Below are positions 11,501-21,275 of a stretch of 64,000 bases of DNA, one piece after another. Both the position numbers and the translations under genes were made by a program. Source of the stretch: Candidatus Oxydemutatoraceae bacterium (GTDB lineage: Bacteria; Pseudomonadota; Gammaproteobacteria; Poriferisulfidales; Oxydemutatoraceae); contig OZ244779.1 of the NCBI GenBank assembly GCA_965219575.1, positions 1,068,769 through 1,132,768 on the forward strand. The letters are read 5' to 3'. Position 1 is the stretch's first letter, and every line of letters starts with the position of its first letter. Below the pieces are notes generated by a model, which saw only the letters and a program-made list of their open reading frames with translations, did no database searches and was not told the DNA's origin.

Positions 11501-12060
11501 TGATCGTCCCATAGATCTATGCGCGTAGGATAATCGGACGACGGAGAATAAAAATCTATGATCGAACCGCGTATCGCATATTCTCCGTACCGTTGTACTT
11601 GCGAGACCGAGGTATAACCCAGAGTGAATAACCGCGAGCGAAAATCCTCTATATCGAGTTGATCGCCTATAGAAATCTTGACGCTGTTGTTTTCGACAAA
11701 ACTGCGCGGCGGCAGACGCTGCAATAAAGTCGGTATCGCTACGATACAAATCCAGCTGTCTTCGGCGCGCAGTTGCGATAGTATGCCGAGACGCTCGGCA
11801 AGGATATTCTCGTCGGGAGAAAATTGATCGTAAACCAGAGTCTCGTAATTCGGAAACAGCAGTAATGTATCGTCCGTGCCTAAAAAAAATTGCAGTTGAT
11901 CGTATAGACGGCCGGCAGTCGTAGTATCGGTACAAACGAGCAGTAGCGGGCGTTTGTGTCGATAGTAAAAGTTTGCGGTTTGATAGGCGAAACTACAGCC
12001 TAATAATTCTCCCCAGCGCAGCAGTGTGTGTTCTTGTTTCGATGGTTGTGTGGACGACAT
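8599..12060 (-). CDS. mfd: Transcription-repair coupling factor
   Basis: CGDVGFGKTEVA, DEEH, TATPIPRT, QLRGRVGR and TRCF C-terminal domain; ATG at 12060 preferred as start. Confidence 0.97.
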   Translation of the reverse strand: MSSTQPSKQEHTLLRWGELLGCSFAYQTANFYYRHKRPLLLVCTDTTTAGRLYDQLQFFLGTDDTLLLFPNYETLVYDQFSPDENILAERLGILSQLRAEDSWICIVAIPTLLQRLPPRSFVENNSVKISIGDQLDIEDFRSRLFTLGYTSVSQVQRYGEYAIRGSIIDFYSPSSDYPTRIDLWDDQIDTLRSFNSDSQQTIEKINSTILLPAREFLIDKQTIKSFRYKFRLHFSIQPDQCFVYSSISERIIPAGIEYYLPFFHDTTATLFDYLGPDTVCIYTKEVLETAAKHLEYVEERYRLLARAEARALLNPGLLYLNSDELAQRLKHFDNIETQAFKYYADSRQHGIRNFKTRLPPPVALDPQQKSPAAKLEDFIRTYTGRILLHAPTQGYSEQLSEILAPYRIRPKVVENWQTFLKSSAKLCICCADLHQSVILEEPNIALLGYHDIVTKPTSTGTQSKQARNVAALIQSIGDLEIGSATVHQDYGVGRFVGIKAMEVGGYLSEFCVLEYADKDKLYVPVTALHLLSRYTGNPSQHIKLDNLNGRAWNTAKRKAAIKAHDVAAELLDIQARRNASPNIRFEIDHSDYHAFAATFAYRETPDQKSAIDDVLRDMNSDKLMDRIVCGDVGFGKTEVAIRAAFVAVHNHKQVAVLVPTTLLAIQHFEAFRERFAKWPVRIEMLSRFVSGKRKKQILSAIQKGDVDIVIGTHTLLRTPPDFKNLGLIVIDEEHCFGVKDKEQIKSIRTSADVLTLTATPIPRTLGMSLGGLRSLSIIATPPPGRRAIKTFVTQWDDALICEACNRELRRGGQIFFLHNEVRTIDDTAEALRSLLPDAKIVVAHGQMNEKDLERTMMDFYNHNHHVLVCTTIIESGIDIPNANTIIINRADHLGLAQLHQLRGRVGRSHHAAYAYLLIPTRSEITDDATKRLEVIESLEDLSIGFTIASHDLEIRGAGELLGEEQSGHIQKVGFAMYNKLLRRAVETLKSGQLPDPDRPLDTVAEINLGEPALIPPDYIPDVNLRLVLYRRIAAASDEESLAELKVEMIDRFGALPDYTKNLYINAAIRIICHNIGIRKLRADESELNIHFEEQPKLDLDKLIEMVKKEPEKYRFIGNQKLIVSENDDGMETIAVRESKIKDFIKLLSLKEVA

Positions 12061-12078
12061 GATTAAGGTCAATCACAG

Positions 12079-12474
12079 TTTGGTTTTGGTTTCCATAGAT
12101 CAAATTAATGAATATATAAAATAGTGCAGACTCCGCTGGGACTGTTGAAAAAGTATCGTCAGCGTGCAACCGTAACCGCTTGCGCCGTGAATTTATAATA
12201 ACCACCAAGCCGTAGGGGCAGGATAAAGCCGCCGATTGAGCCGGTAGATCAATCGGCAACTCTGATGTCTGCCCTTAAGTGTCGTTCTGCACAGCCGTAA
12301 CCGCTTTCGCCGTATGGTTTTGGTTTCCATAAATTGGATGAATGAATGTATAAATCGTGCAGGTGCAACGCGTTATGGGCGGACATATAAGTCCGCCCCT
12401 ACCACTCTATGAAATACTTTTTCAACAGCCTGCCGCTGCAACCACCCCGTCAGGCCGCGCCTGCCACCCCTCCA
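12079..12474. repeat. Composite repeat locus: IR-bounded element (12138-12432) with REP doublet and hairpin insert, followed by CCCCTCC-family repeat
   Basis: gggactgttgaaaaagt...tactttttcaacagcc; REPs at 12212-12274 (with insert) and 12377-12402; CCGCT on both flanks. Confidence 0.9.
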
Positions 12475-12494
12475 CAAATTAAAGCAAAATATTA

Positions 12495-13784
12495 TCAAGC
12501 GAACATATCTTGGACGATATTCTCGAACCAGCTATGCGCGTATTCAACTTCTCTTTCTCTGGCAAAGTCGGTTGCATCCATAGGCGTTAGCCCACCGGCT
12601 ATTTTTTCTATGTTGCTTTTGTCTTCGGAAAGCTTATACACTGCGGCTACCGAAATACCGTAATCCGGTGCGACGATACTATAGCAGGTATTGACATAAG
12701 AGGGTACCTCCGTCGGTTTTTCATGGAGGCTCGCAACAACCGCCATGGCACATATTTTGGCCTCGGAGTTTGCCGCATAACCCGATTTGGGCAATCCGGT
12801 TGCAATGCTCGCATCTCCGACGATATAAATGTCTTTTTGCAGGGTTGACTCAAAAGTGTCTAAATGTATCGGGCACCAGCCCGAATCGTCTGCAACGCCG
12901 CTATTTTGAGCAATCCGACCTGCTTTTTGAGGGGGTATCAGGTTGATCACATCGCCCTTGAAGTCGTCGAACTCGGTGGAGACCGTCATCTTTGTGGTGT
13001 CAACCGCAACGACACCTCTGCTACCCGTATCCGCCCCCGAAACCCACTCGATCATTCCTGCATAGCGTTCTTCCCAGGCTTGCATGAAAAGTTCCTGTTT
13101 GGAGAATTTGTCTTTGGCATCGATAACCATGATTTTTGATTTGGGTTTGTTGTTTTTTAGGTAGTGGGCTATTTGGCAGGCGCGCTCGTAAGGACCCGGC
13201 GGGCACCGGAAAGGATTACCCGGTGGTGTGATGATGACCACACCGCCGTCCTGCATCGCTTCGAGTTGTTGCCTCAAGAGCATCGTTTGTTCGCCCGCTT
13301 TGTACGCGTGTGGCATGACTTCGCTTGCCGCTTGCGTATAACCGTCTACGGCATCCCATTGAAAATCTATGCCGGGTGACAATACCAGCTTATTGTAAGG
13401 TAGCTTGGCACCGCTTGCGGTAGTAATTATTTTTTTCTCGGGATCGACCGTATCCGCCGTTTCGTTAACCACTTTGATGCCGCGTGCCCTCAAGCCATCG
13501 TAGCCGAATTGTAGGGTGGCTAAATCGCGCCCGCCGCCGATAACTTCATTGCTCATAAAACAGGTATAATAATTCGGGTTTGCTTCTATCAGTGTCACAT
13601 TGATAGATTGGTCCATCATTTTGATGTACTTAGCGGCGATCGCGCCGCCTGCGCCCCCACCGATAACCGCAACCTCGTGCGAGGTACCCAAAGCCAGTTG
13701 AGGAAAACCTAATATTGTGGCCCCGCCGGCAACGGTGCCGCAAGCACTTAGTTTGATAAAATCTCTTCTGTTGATGTTCGACAT
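12495..13784 (-). CDS. fccB: Flavocytochrome c sulfide dehydrogenase, flavoprotein subunit
   Basis: Tat signal NRRDFIK, GGGAGG FAD motif, [29 protein letters not shown]; start reset to MSNINRR. Confidence 0.93.
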   Translation of the reverse strand: MSNINRRDFIKLSACGTVAGGATILGFPQLALGTSHEVAVIGGGAGGAIAAKYIKMMDQSINVTLIEANPNYYTCFMSNEVIGGGRDLATLQFGYDGLRARGIKVVNETADTVDPEKKIITTASGAKLPYNKLVLSPGIDFQWDAVDGYTQAASEVMPHAYKAGEQTMLLRQQLEAMQDGGVVIITPPGNPFRCPPGPYERACQIAHYLKNNKPKSKIMVIDAKDKFSKQELFMQAWEERYAGMIEWVSGADTGSRGVVAVDTTKMTVSTEFDDFKGDVINLIPPQKAGRIAQNSGVADDSGWCPIHLDTFESTLQKDIYIVGDASIATGLPKSGYAANSEAKICAMAVVASLHEKPTEVPSYVNTCYSIVAPDYGISVAAVYKLSEDKSNIEKIAGGLTPMDATDFAREREVEYAHSWFENIVQDMFA

Positions 13785-13812
13785 TTCACTATCTCCTTGA
13801 TAATTGTTGGGC

Positions 13813-14484
13813 TTAATTACGTACGCTGGCGTAGTACTGCAACAAGTTGTATATGCTCTCGTCGCCGTGTACTTCAAGCATTTCCGTGAGTTTGGTGCGC
13901 ATTTTTTTAGGCATCTCACGACGGTCTTCTATATAATCCTCCAGAGTATACTGCAGATAAGGTATCCATTGTCCCGCCAACAGACCGACATCGTCGGCGG
14001 TCGAAAGACCACCGTCTTCATGACATTTACCGCAATACTCCTCGTGCAGTTCCTCACCTATGGCAACTTTTGATTTATCGTAATCTTGTTCGACGACTAC
14101 GACCTCGGAGCCGTCCAATGCATTCGCCATCGTGATAATCTCTTCGAGTGTATAGCCCGATGCGATACGAGACATAATCGTGCTAAAGCGAGGATATGCT
14201 TCTACATACTCGTACTCCTCGTCTTGATACAATATCTCGAGCGCAGCGTCTAAGCCGGCTTCGTCGTCGGTGTATTTATATGCGAGCATGGTACCTATAA
14301 AATAGTTTTTGGTTATCCCGGCGAGAGACGGGATTGCCGGGCCGCTGCTGACACCGTTCTCACCGTGGCACGCTACGCAACTATTCAGTAGCATTTGTGC
14401 CGATGCCGTCTGCGCTTGAGCAACCGTCGTTACTCCGAATAGCAAAGTTAAAGCAAGAAATAGAAAATTAAGTCTTTTGATCAT
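13813..14484 (-). CDS. fccA: Diheme cytochrome c subunit of sulfide dehydrogenase
   Basis: Signal peptide, CVACH and [13 protein letters not shown] motif, immediately upstream of fccB. Confidence 0.88.
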   Translation of the reverse strand: MIKRLNFLFLALTLLFGVTTVAQAQTASAQMLLNSCVACHGENGVSSGPAIPSLAGITKNYFIGTMLAYKYTDDEAGLDAALEILYQDEEYEYVEAYPRFSTIMSRIASGYTLEEIITMANALDGSEVVVVEQDYDKSKVAIGEELHEEYCGKCHEDGGLSTADDVGLLAGQWIPYLQYTLEDYIEDRREMPKKMRTKLTEMLEVHGDESIYNLLQYYASVRN

Positions 14485-14655
14485 TTTGAAAGCCTCGTTC
14501 TCGTTAAAAAGTCGGTCGTTAAATTTAGGGTATCATACAGCGATTGGTGGTTTTGTGCAAGTGGTGTGGTTTATGTATGTCATTCTCAATTTCTGCAAGC
14601 AACCAATAGGGGTAGATTATCGAGCCGGCGATTCAATATCTCGTTTCGGTTTTCG

Positions 14656-15210
14656 TCAATCGAGCGAGGCACTTTGATTGTCGCTCGGTTGTTTGGGTTT
14701 TTTCGGTGTTTTGTGGGCGACACCGACATGGCACGAAATACAATTTTCGCCTTCGGCGTGGGCGCGTTCGTGTTTGCGTTTTGCGGTTCTATCTTGTTCG
14801 TCGAGATCCATAGCTTGGAATTGATGGCAACTCAGGCACGTTGTCGAGTACGACGAATCGAGCTTGCCCCATACCTTGTTTGCCATTCTCCATCTGTGTG
14901 CCTCGAATTTTTCTTGACTGTCTATAGTGCCGAGTATTTCGTGCCACACATCTTTTGCCGCCATCAGTTTGGCGTGTAGCTTTAGATCGAGCTGATCGGG
15001 TACATGACAATCGCTACATTGGGCGCGTATGCCTTGTAGATTTGAGTAGTGAACCGACTCTTTCCATTCCGCTTCGACCCACTGCATAGAGTGGCAAGAG
15101 GTACAGAACTCGGTGGTGTTTGTCGCTTCTAGGGTGGTTGTAAATGCGCCGGTTGCAACGATGCCGGCAATAAAAACCACACCGATTGAAATAATTCCTT
15201 TGTATTTCAT
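14656..15210 (-). CDS. NapC/NirT-family tetraheme cytochrome c
   Basis: N-terminal TM helix; TNTTEFCTSCH, CSDCH, CLSCH, CISCH. Confidence 0.92.
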   Translation of the reverse strand: MKYKGIISIGVVFIAGIVATGAFTTTLEATNTTEFCTSCHSMQWVEAEWKESVHYSNLQGIRAQCSDCHVPDQLDLKLHAKLMAAKDVWHEILGTIDSQEKFEAHRWRMANKVWGKLDSSYSTTCLSCHQFQAMDLDEQDRTAKRKHERAHAEGENCISCHVGVAHKTPKKPKQPSDNQSASLD

Positions 15211-15282
15211 TTAAATGTCCGTATACGGATTATAATTATATATCAATTATCGAGTTTAGTCGCCTTATTTTATGAAAACAAA

Positions 15283-15918
15283 GTGAACAGCAGGGTGTTA
15301 TTCGAGGTGCGCGCATTGCATCTGAGGCGAGGTACGGCAGTCGAACATGCACTAAACTTTGCCTTGCGTGCCGGGCAGTGGTGTGTGTTGAGTGGAGAAA
15401 ACGGATCGGGTAAGACAACTTTGCTGCGGGTGTTATGCGGTTTGTCGGAACCGCGTAAGGGGTTTGTAGGTTGGCGAGGTTTTGCTATCGGCTATTACCG
15501 CGAGCGTTATCGTCAAACCTTTATCTATATCGGACACAAGTTAGGATTTAGAGGTGGTTTGAGCGTCAAAGAAAATTTGAGGTTCTATCGTGATTTAAGA
15601 AATCGGCGCGGTGTTGCCGGTATTGACGAAGCGATAGATCACTTGGGACTCGAAAATGTAGCCGACCGTCCCTATGCCTCTTTGTCGCACGGTCAGCGAC
15701 AGCGCGGTGCATTGTGTCGTTTGATGACCGAAGAAGCCCAACTGTGGTTACTCGACGAACCTACCGGTGCATTGGACAATCGAGGCCATAATATTTTTCA
15801 GGAACTTTTAAGCGCACATTTGGACAGAGGTGGCATGGCAGTCGTCGCAACACACAAGCCGTTCGCGCACGACGCATTGCAGAGTGCGCACCAACTGAGA
15901 TTGACCGCCGATGTTTAA
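15283..15918 (+). CDS. ccmA: Heme exporter ATP-binding subunit
   Basis: GENGSGKT, LSHGQ, WLLDEP; first gene of ccm operon. Confidence 0.92.
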   Translation: MNSRVLFEVRALHLRRGTAVEHALNFALRAGQWCVLSGENGSGKTTLLRVLCGLSEPRKGFVGWRGFAIGYYRERYRQTFIYIGHKLGFRGGLSVKENLRFYRDLRNRRGVAGIDEAIDHLGLENVADRPYASLSHGQRQRGALCRLMTEEAQLWLLDEPTGALDNRGHNIFQELLSAHLDRGGMAVVATHKPFAHDALQSAHQLRLTADV

Positions 15919-16579
15919 GCCCTTATTTGCGTTACTTAAATGGGATTTGTTGTCGGTGGTGCGGGAGCGTAGCGACTGGATGATTGCGATTATTTTTTTT
16001 ACGATTATCGTCAGTTTATTTCCACTGGGTGTCGATGCACAGAGTTCGGTGTTGAGTATCTTTGCACCCACTGCGATATGGATTGCCGCGTTATTGTCCG
16101 GTTTGTTGTCGCTGGAGCGAGTTTTCAAGGATGATTTTGACAACGGTATTTTGGAGCAACTGATGTTGAGTACTCGTAACATCTATACGATAGTGGGGGC
16201 GCGTGTTTTCACACACTGGTGTACTACCGGATTGCCGTTCACGATACTTGCCCCGTTATACGGTTATGCTCTGGGTATTCCTATTAATGCCTTGACAGAT
16301 GTAATCTTCGGTTTATTATTAGGTACGCCGACCCTGAGTATCTTAGGTTCCTTGGGTGCAGCGTTGACCGTTTCCTTGAGGCAAGGGGGCATGTTGTTGG
16401 CATTACTGATAATGCCTTTTTACATACCTTTGTTGATATTCGGAACGAATGCGATCGATTTGGCGGCGAGCGGATTGCCGACGAATGCACCTCTGGCTTT
16501 TCTGGGTGCCATGCTGATTATCGGTATCGCTTTGGTGCCGATTGCCGTTTACGGTGCGTTGCGGGTCGTGTTGGATTGA
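15911..16579 (+). CDS. ccmB: Heme exporter permease
   Basis: SLFPLG, FKDDFDNGILEQL, LLLGTPTLS. Confidence 0.95.
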   Translation: MFKPLFALLKWDLLSVVRERSDWMIAIIFFTIIVSLFPLGVDAQSSVLSIFAPTAIWIAALLSGLLSLERVFKDDFDNGILEQLMLSTRNIYTIVGARVFTHWCTTGLPFTILAPLYGYALGIPINALTDVIFGLLLGTPTLSILGSLGAALTVSLRQGGMLLALLIMPFYIPLLIFGTNAIDLAASGLPTNAPLAFLGAMLIIGIALVPIAVYGALRVVLD

Positions 16580-16585
16580 TTTGAT

Positions 16586-17335
16586 ATGGATATTAGAACT
16601 TTTTATAGGTGGGGTACTCTGCCTTTTTTCTACCGCTGGACGACCGGTGCGCAACCGTGGTTGTTTTCGGTCACATTGATATTATTTGCATTCGGCTTAC
16701 TGTGGGCTTTGTATATTGCGCCACCCGACTATAAACAGGGAGAAGCCTATCGCATTATCTACATACATGTGCCGGCAGCGTGGATGTCTTTATTCGTTTA
16801 TATCGTGATGGCGTTCGCCGGATTAATCTTGTTGGTGTGGCGAGTCAAGCTCGCCGAGTTGATACACCGTGAATGTGCGGTGATCGGCGCAGCGTTTACC
16901 GCAATCACTTTGCTGACCGGGATGCTGTGGGGAAAGCCGATGTGGGGTGCTTTTTGGGTATGGGATGCGCGTTTGACTTCGGAGTTGATACTACTGTTTT
17001 TGTATCTAGGCGTTATCGTATTGGGTTCTGCAATCGACGACCGCGAAAAAGCGGCGCGTGCAACCGCAGTACTTGCAATCGTCGGTGTCGTCAATATCCC
17101 GATTATTCATTATTCGGTTATCTGGTGGAACACCCTGCATCAGGGACCTACGATTACCAAATTGGATGCACCGTCGGCGCATGTTAGTATTGTGCTACCG
17201 CTACTTTATATGGCAGTGGTATTTAAGTTATACTTTATCACCACGCTGCTTGCCCGCATCCGGATGCGGATTGCCGATGCGTGTCGCGAGCAACATTGGT
17301 TTAAGCGATACTATGATTTAATAGAGGTTAATTAA
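16586..17335 (+). CDS. ccmC: Heme exporter protein C
   Basis: WGKPMWGAFWVWDARLT (WWD domain), YIHVP, WWNTLHQ. Confidence 0.97.
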   Translation: MDIRTFYRWGTLPFFYRWTTGAQPWLFSVTLILFAFGLLWALYIAPPDYKQGEAYRIIYIHVPAAWMSLFVYIVMAFAGLILLVWRVKLAELIHRECAVIGAAFTAITLLTGMLWGKPMWGAFWVWDARLTSELILLFLYLGVIVLGSAIDDREKAARATAVLAIVGVVNIPIIHYSVIWWNTLHQGPTITKLDAPSAHVSIVLPLLYMAVVFKLYFITTLLARIRMRIADACREQHWFKRYYDLIEVN

Positions 17336-17484
17336 TGAACTGGTTTTTAATGGGTGGTTATGCATGGTTTGTATGGCCCTCTTATATAGCATGTGTATCG
17401 ATATTGTTGTGGCTTGCGGTGTCGCCGCATCGCCGCCATCGGCGCACAATCGAGAAACTCAAGCAATCGCCGAGTAGCCGATGA
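17335..17484 (+). CDS. ccmD: Heme exporter protein D (49 aa, not in ORF track)
   Basis: Manual translation MNWFLMGGYAWFVWPSYIACVSILLWLAVSPHRRHRRTIEKLKQSPSSR; MGGYAxFVW signature; overlaps ccmC stop and ccmE start. Confidence 0.9.
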   Translation: MNWFLMGGYAWFVWPSYIACVSILLWLAVSPHRRHRRTIEKLKQSPSSR

Positions 17485-17912
17485 CATCGAGGCACAAACA
17501 AAGACTGGCTTTTGTCACTATTTTGCTACTTGCGTTTAGTGCGGCTACGGTTCTGGTGTTATACGCACTGGAGGAGAACCTGCTTTATTTTTATACTCCC
17601 AGTCAACTGGCGGAACACGCACCGCCCGAAGGTCGCAGCTTCAATCTAGGCGGAATGGTTGTAGAGGGTAGCGTGCGTCATAGCGATGCGGTTTATTTTT
17701 CGTTGACCGATTACGAAGACACCGTCAATGTCGTCTACCGCGATATTTTGCCCGATTTATTCGGTGAAGGACAGGGAGTCATCGCAACCGGACGCTTAAA
17801 CCCCGAGGGTATTTTCGTCGCCGATACCGTACTGGCAAAACACGATGAAAACTACATGCCACCCGATGTTGCCGAAGCACTGAATATGCCCATTCCTTTG
17901 AAACAAAAATAA
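17481..17912 (+). CDS. ccmE: Heme chaperone
   Basis: LPDLFGEGQG, LAKHDENYMP. Confidence 0.97.
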   Translation: MTSRHKQRLAFVTILLLAFSAATVLVLYALEENLLYFYTPSQLAEHAPPEGRSFNLGGMVVEGSVRHSDAVYFSLTDYEDTVNVVYRDILPDLFGEGQGVIATGRLNPEGIFVADTVLAKHDENYMPPDVAEALNMPIPLKQK

Positions 17913-17923
17913 TCTTAGAATCG

Positions 17924-19858
17924 ATGATTGTAGAATTAGGACATTTTTTATTGGTGCTTGCGTTGAGCGTTTCCTTGCTGCAGGGTTTCGTCGGTTTGGC
18001 CGGCGCGCAATTCAACAGTGTTGCACTGATGGCGGTTGCCCGCCCGGCGAGCTATGCGTTATTCGTGTTATTACTGCTGTCGTATCTCGCACTGAGTTAC
18101 GCTTTTGCAACCGACGATTTTTCGGTGCTTTATGTTGCCGCCCATTCCAATACGAGTTTGCCTATCTACTACAAGTTATCTGCGGTTTGGGGTGGACACG
18201 AAGGTTCTTTATTGCTATGGGCATTTGTGTTAGCGGCGTGGATATTTGCAGTCGCATTATTGAGCCGTAAACTTCCCGATATTTTTTCGGTTAGAGTGTT
18301 GGGTGTTATGGGACTTATTGCCACCGGCTTTTTGCTGTTTATGCTGGCAACCTCCAACCCTTTCGAGCGGCTATTTCCGATGCCCGCCGACGGCAAGGAT
18401 TTGAACCCGTTGTTGCAGGACCCCGGTTTGATCTTTCATCCACCGATGCTTTATATGGGCTACGTAGGCTTTTCGGTTGCTTTCGCTTTCGCAATTGCAG
18501 CGTTGCTCGGCGGCAAGTTTGATTCGAGTTGGGCACGGTGGTCCAGACCGTGGGTACTGGCAGCGTGGGTGTTTTTAACGATCGGTATTACACTCGGTAG
18601 CTGGTGGGCGTATCACGAACTGGGATGGGGCGGTTGGTGGTTTTGGGATCCGGTTGAAAATGCATCTTTTATGCCGTGGTTGGTCGGCACCGCACTCATT
18701 CATTCGCTTGCCGTAACCGAGAAAAGAAATGCGTTTAGAAGCTGGACCTTGTTGCTTGCGATATTGGCGTTCTCGTTGAGTTTGCTGGGTACTTTTTTAG
18801 TGCGCTCCGGTGTGTTGGTATCGGTGCATGCATTTGCAAACGACCCGGAGCGAGGTGTTTATATATTGGCATTTCTTACCGTCGTTATCGGCAGTGCTCT
18901 GCTACTCTATGCGACACGCAGTCCGCAGATCAAAAGCGGCGGCGTATTCGCATTGGTTTCACGCGAGCATCTATTATTGATCAATAATGTATTGCTGGTG
19001 GTGGCAATGGCGTGTATTTTGATCGCTACCCTATATCCCTTGGCGATGGATGTGTTGGGTCTCGATAAAATATCGGTGGGTGCGCCGTATTTCTCGGCGG
19101 TATTCGTGCCACTGACCTTGCCGTTGGTGTTCTTGGCCGGATTGGGACCCAAAATGCAGTGGAAGCAAGCAAGTCTGAAGCAGTTGTGGCAAGCGACACG
19201 AGGCGTACTCGGTATTGCAATCGTCGTCGGAACAATTTTATTACTTTTGGTCGGCGACCATTTCTCGTTGTTGACCGTGCTGGGCGTTATTGCCGGAGTG
19301 TGGATTATCTTTGCAATGCTCAATACGTTGTTTAAGCTGGATAATAAAACCTTCTCCGGATCATTCACTCTGAATCGGTTGCGGAGCTTGCCGGCTTCTT
19401 TTTACGGCATGAACATGGCACATATCGGGATGGGAATTTTCGTTTTGGGGGTTACCTTCAGTGGTGCTTATAGCGAGGAGAAAAACGCATTACTCGGCGA
19501 GGGGGAGACGATCACGATCGCCGGTTATCGTTTTGTATTCAACGGGGTCGGCAACAAAGAAGGTCCGAACTATAGCGCACTGGAGGGCGAACTCGATGTC
19601 TATAAAGACGGCAAGCAAGTTGCAACGCTCTATCCGCAAAAACGCGTCTACCGGGTACAGACAAACCCGATGACCGAGGCGGCGATAGATGCAACTTTAT
19701 TAAGAGACCTGTATGTTTCGTTGGCGGAACCGGTCGGCGACCGTTTCGGGGTGCGGGTTTATTACAAACCTTTTATACGCTGGATTTGGATCGGTGCATT
19801 GCTGATGGCACTCGGCGGTTTGTGGTCGATCGGCGATAGACGTTATCGCTCGGACTAA
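17924..19858 (+). CDS. ccmF: Heme lyase subunit
   Basis: WGGHEGSLLLW, WGGWWFWDPVENAS, SVHAFA. Confidence 0.97.
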   Translation: MIVELGHFLLVLALSVSLLQGFVGLAGAQFNSVALMAVARPASYALFVLLLLSYLALSYAFATDDFSVLYVAAHSNTSLPIYYKLSAVWGGHEGSLLLWAFVLAAWIFAVALLSRKLPDIFSVRVLGVMGLIATGFLLFMLATSNPFERLFPMPADGKDLNPLLQDPGLIFHPPMLYMGYVGFSVAFAFAIAALLGGKFDSSWARWSRPWVLAAWVFLTIGITLGSWWAYHELGWGGWWFWDPVENASFMPWLVGTALIHSLAVTEKRNAFRSWTLLLAILAFSLSLLGTFLVRSGVLVSVHAFANDPERGVYILAFLTVVIGSALLLYATRSPQIKSGGVFALVSREHLLLINNVLLVVAMACILIATLYPLAMDVLGLDKISVGAPYFSAVFVPLTLPLVFLAGLGPKMQWKQASLKQLWQATRGVLGIAIVVGTILLLLVGDHFSLLTVLGVIAGVWIIFAMLNTLFKLDNKTFSGSFTLNRLRSLPASFYGMNMAHIGMGIFVLGVTFSGAYSEEKNALLGEGETITIAGYRFVFNGVGNKEGPNYSALEGELDVYKDGKQVATLYPQKRVYRVQTNPMTEAAIDATLLRDLYVSLAEPVGDRFGVRVYYKPFIRWIWIGALLMALGGLWSIGDRRYRSD

Positions 19859-19920
19859 GCGGAGCGCATTACCGACGACACCAATAGGGTTATTTCAATA
19901 AATCAAAAACAGCAAAATAG

Positions 19921-19979
19921 AACTGCCGATTGAGCTTGTAGGGGCAGACTTGCATGTCTGCTCGATAGGCCAATCGGCA
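19921..19979. repeat. Single REP sitting inside the arms of the GCCGATTGA hairpin module
   Basis: gccgattgagc-ttgtaggggcagacttgcatgtctgctcga-taggccaatcggc. Confidence 0.8.
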
Positions 19980-20262
19980 TGATATTGCGCAGAACTTTAG
20001 CGTATTATTAGCTAAGGCATACATTCAGTTGTGAATGTGTTAATATGTGAGTATTGGTGAGTCAATGGCTAAATTAAGGAATATAAATATCCGAGCAGTG
20101 TTGGAATACGGAGAATTATTTGATGAGGTATTGCGTATGCAGATGCGTGCTTGGGGTGGATGATGACTGCAAAGGTCGCAAGCCGTCGCAAACGACGGCA
20201 TTGGATGCGATATTAGCGGTTGCCGATAAACATTGAGACGAGTTGATAAGGAGTAAATAGAG

Positions 20263-20514
20263 ATGACCGATATTGCTTTGTATAATTTATTGCGGCGGAT
20301 ACCTGATGCTACCGATGACGAAGTAGAGAAGGCAGTTAATGATGTTGCGAGTTCAAGGGAAGTGGCTACGAAGGCGGATATAGCGAGGGTAGATAAAACT
20401 ATCGCCGAACTAAAGGGTGAGTTGAAAGCGGATATAGAGAGAATGGGTCGGATTATGATTATGTGGATAGTCGGTATTGGTTTAGCGGTTATTGGAGTGA
20501 TTAAATATTTGTAG
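20263..20514 (+). CDS. Small coiled-coil protein with C-terminal TM (DUF1640/CCDC90-like)
   Basis: RBS aaggag; VATKADI..ELKGELKADI motif followed by IIMWIVGIGLAV. Confidence 0.7.
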   Translation: MTDIALYNLLRRIPDATDDEVEKAVNDVASSREVATKADIARVDKTIAELKGELKADIERMGRIMIMWIVGIGLAVIGVIKYL

Positions 20515-20629
20515 AATGTAATGGATAGAAACAGAAATACTTTTTTGAGACTTTAATCTAAATTGTGTAAGTTCAAATTAAGATAAACTAGGTGGCAACA
20601 CCAAACTAATAAAGGAGAACTTTTATATT

Positions 20630-21043
20630 ATGAATAATTATCAGAAAATTTCACTTGTTATAGCAAGCCTAGCTTTGCTAATAGGGATTGCAACATATAT
20701 ACACAATATGCAGCGACCGAAGAATGAAATTGCTATACAGAAATTACAAGAATTACAAGAAATTGTAACCTCCGATACCGGCAAATTTAATGGTATTCTT
20801 AACGCCGCCGTACTTTCACAGGAACTCTCTGAACAGAATTTTAATGAGTTGTTTAAGATATATGCTAATGTGCGAGATGCCTACAAAGGTAGACATCAAT
20901 ATATTGGAAAATCAGCCAGAAATAAGATCGATAAAAAGATAGACGATTTAGAAACCAATTACATAAAAAAGCAAAAGATTAGTTATGAAGGTATAGAAGC
21001 CATGAGTAGCATTATGGAACTTATTAAGATATCGTCGCAGTAG
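20630..21043 (+). CDS. Hypothetical membrane-anchored protein (AT-rich)
   Basis: RBS aaggag, N-terminal TM helix, 137 aa. Confidence 0.65.
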   Translation: MNNYQKISLVIASLALLIGIATYIHNMQRPKNEIAIQKLQELQEIVTSDTGKFNGILNAAVLSQELSEQNFNELFKIYANVRDAYKGRHQYIGKSARNKIDKKIDDLETNYIKKQKISYEGIEAMSSIMELIKISSQ

Positions 21044-21275
21044 AGCAAGTGGCGTGACTTTGTGCAGAACCTGCCCGCTGTAAGCCACATAATTATATAA
21101 CCACCCCATGACCCCATGGAAAGGTTTTACATTTCGTACCATGTGCTAAGATTCTGCATAACGTTACGCCGGTTGACCTACTGATTCAATCGGCGGTTCT
21201 GTTGCGCCTGCCACCCTAAGGTTAGACATACCAGTCCGTCCCTGCGGTGTATGGAATACTGTTTCAACAGCCCCA
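21040..21275. repeat. Degenerate composite repeat locus
   Basis: Remnants of hairpin (ccggttgacctactgattcaatcggcgg), cgcctgccaccc, decayed REP and right IR tttcaacagcccc. Confidence 0.7.

Noticed and set aside
13785-13919. Extended N-termini in the ORF track (fccB, serC, MfnF-like, pabB, lolD)
   Set aside because: They overlap neighbouring genes or repeats; downstream ATGs match the family N-termini
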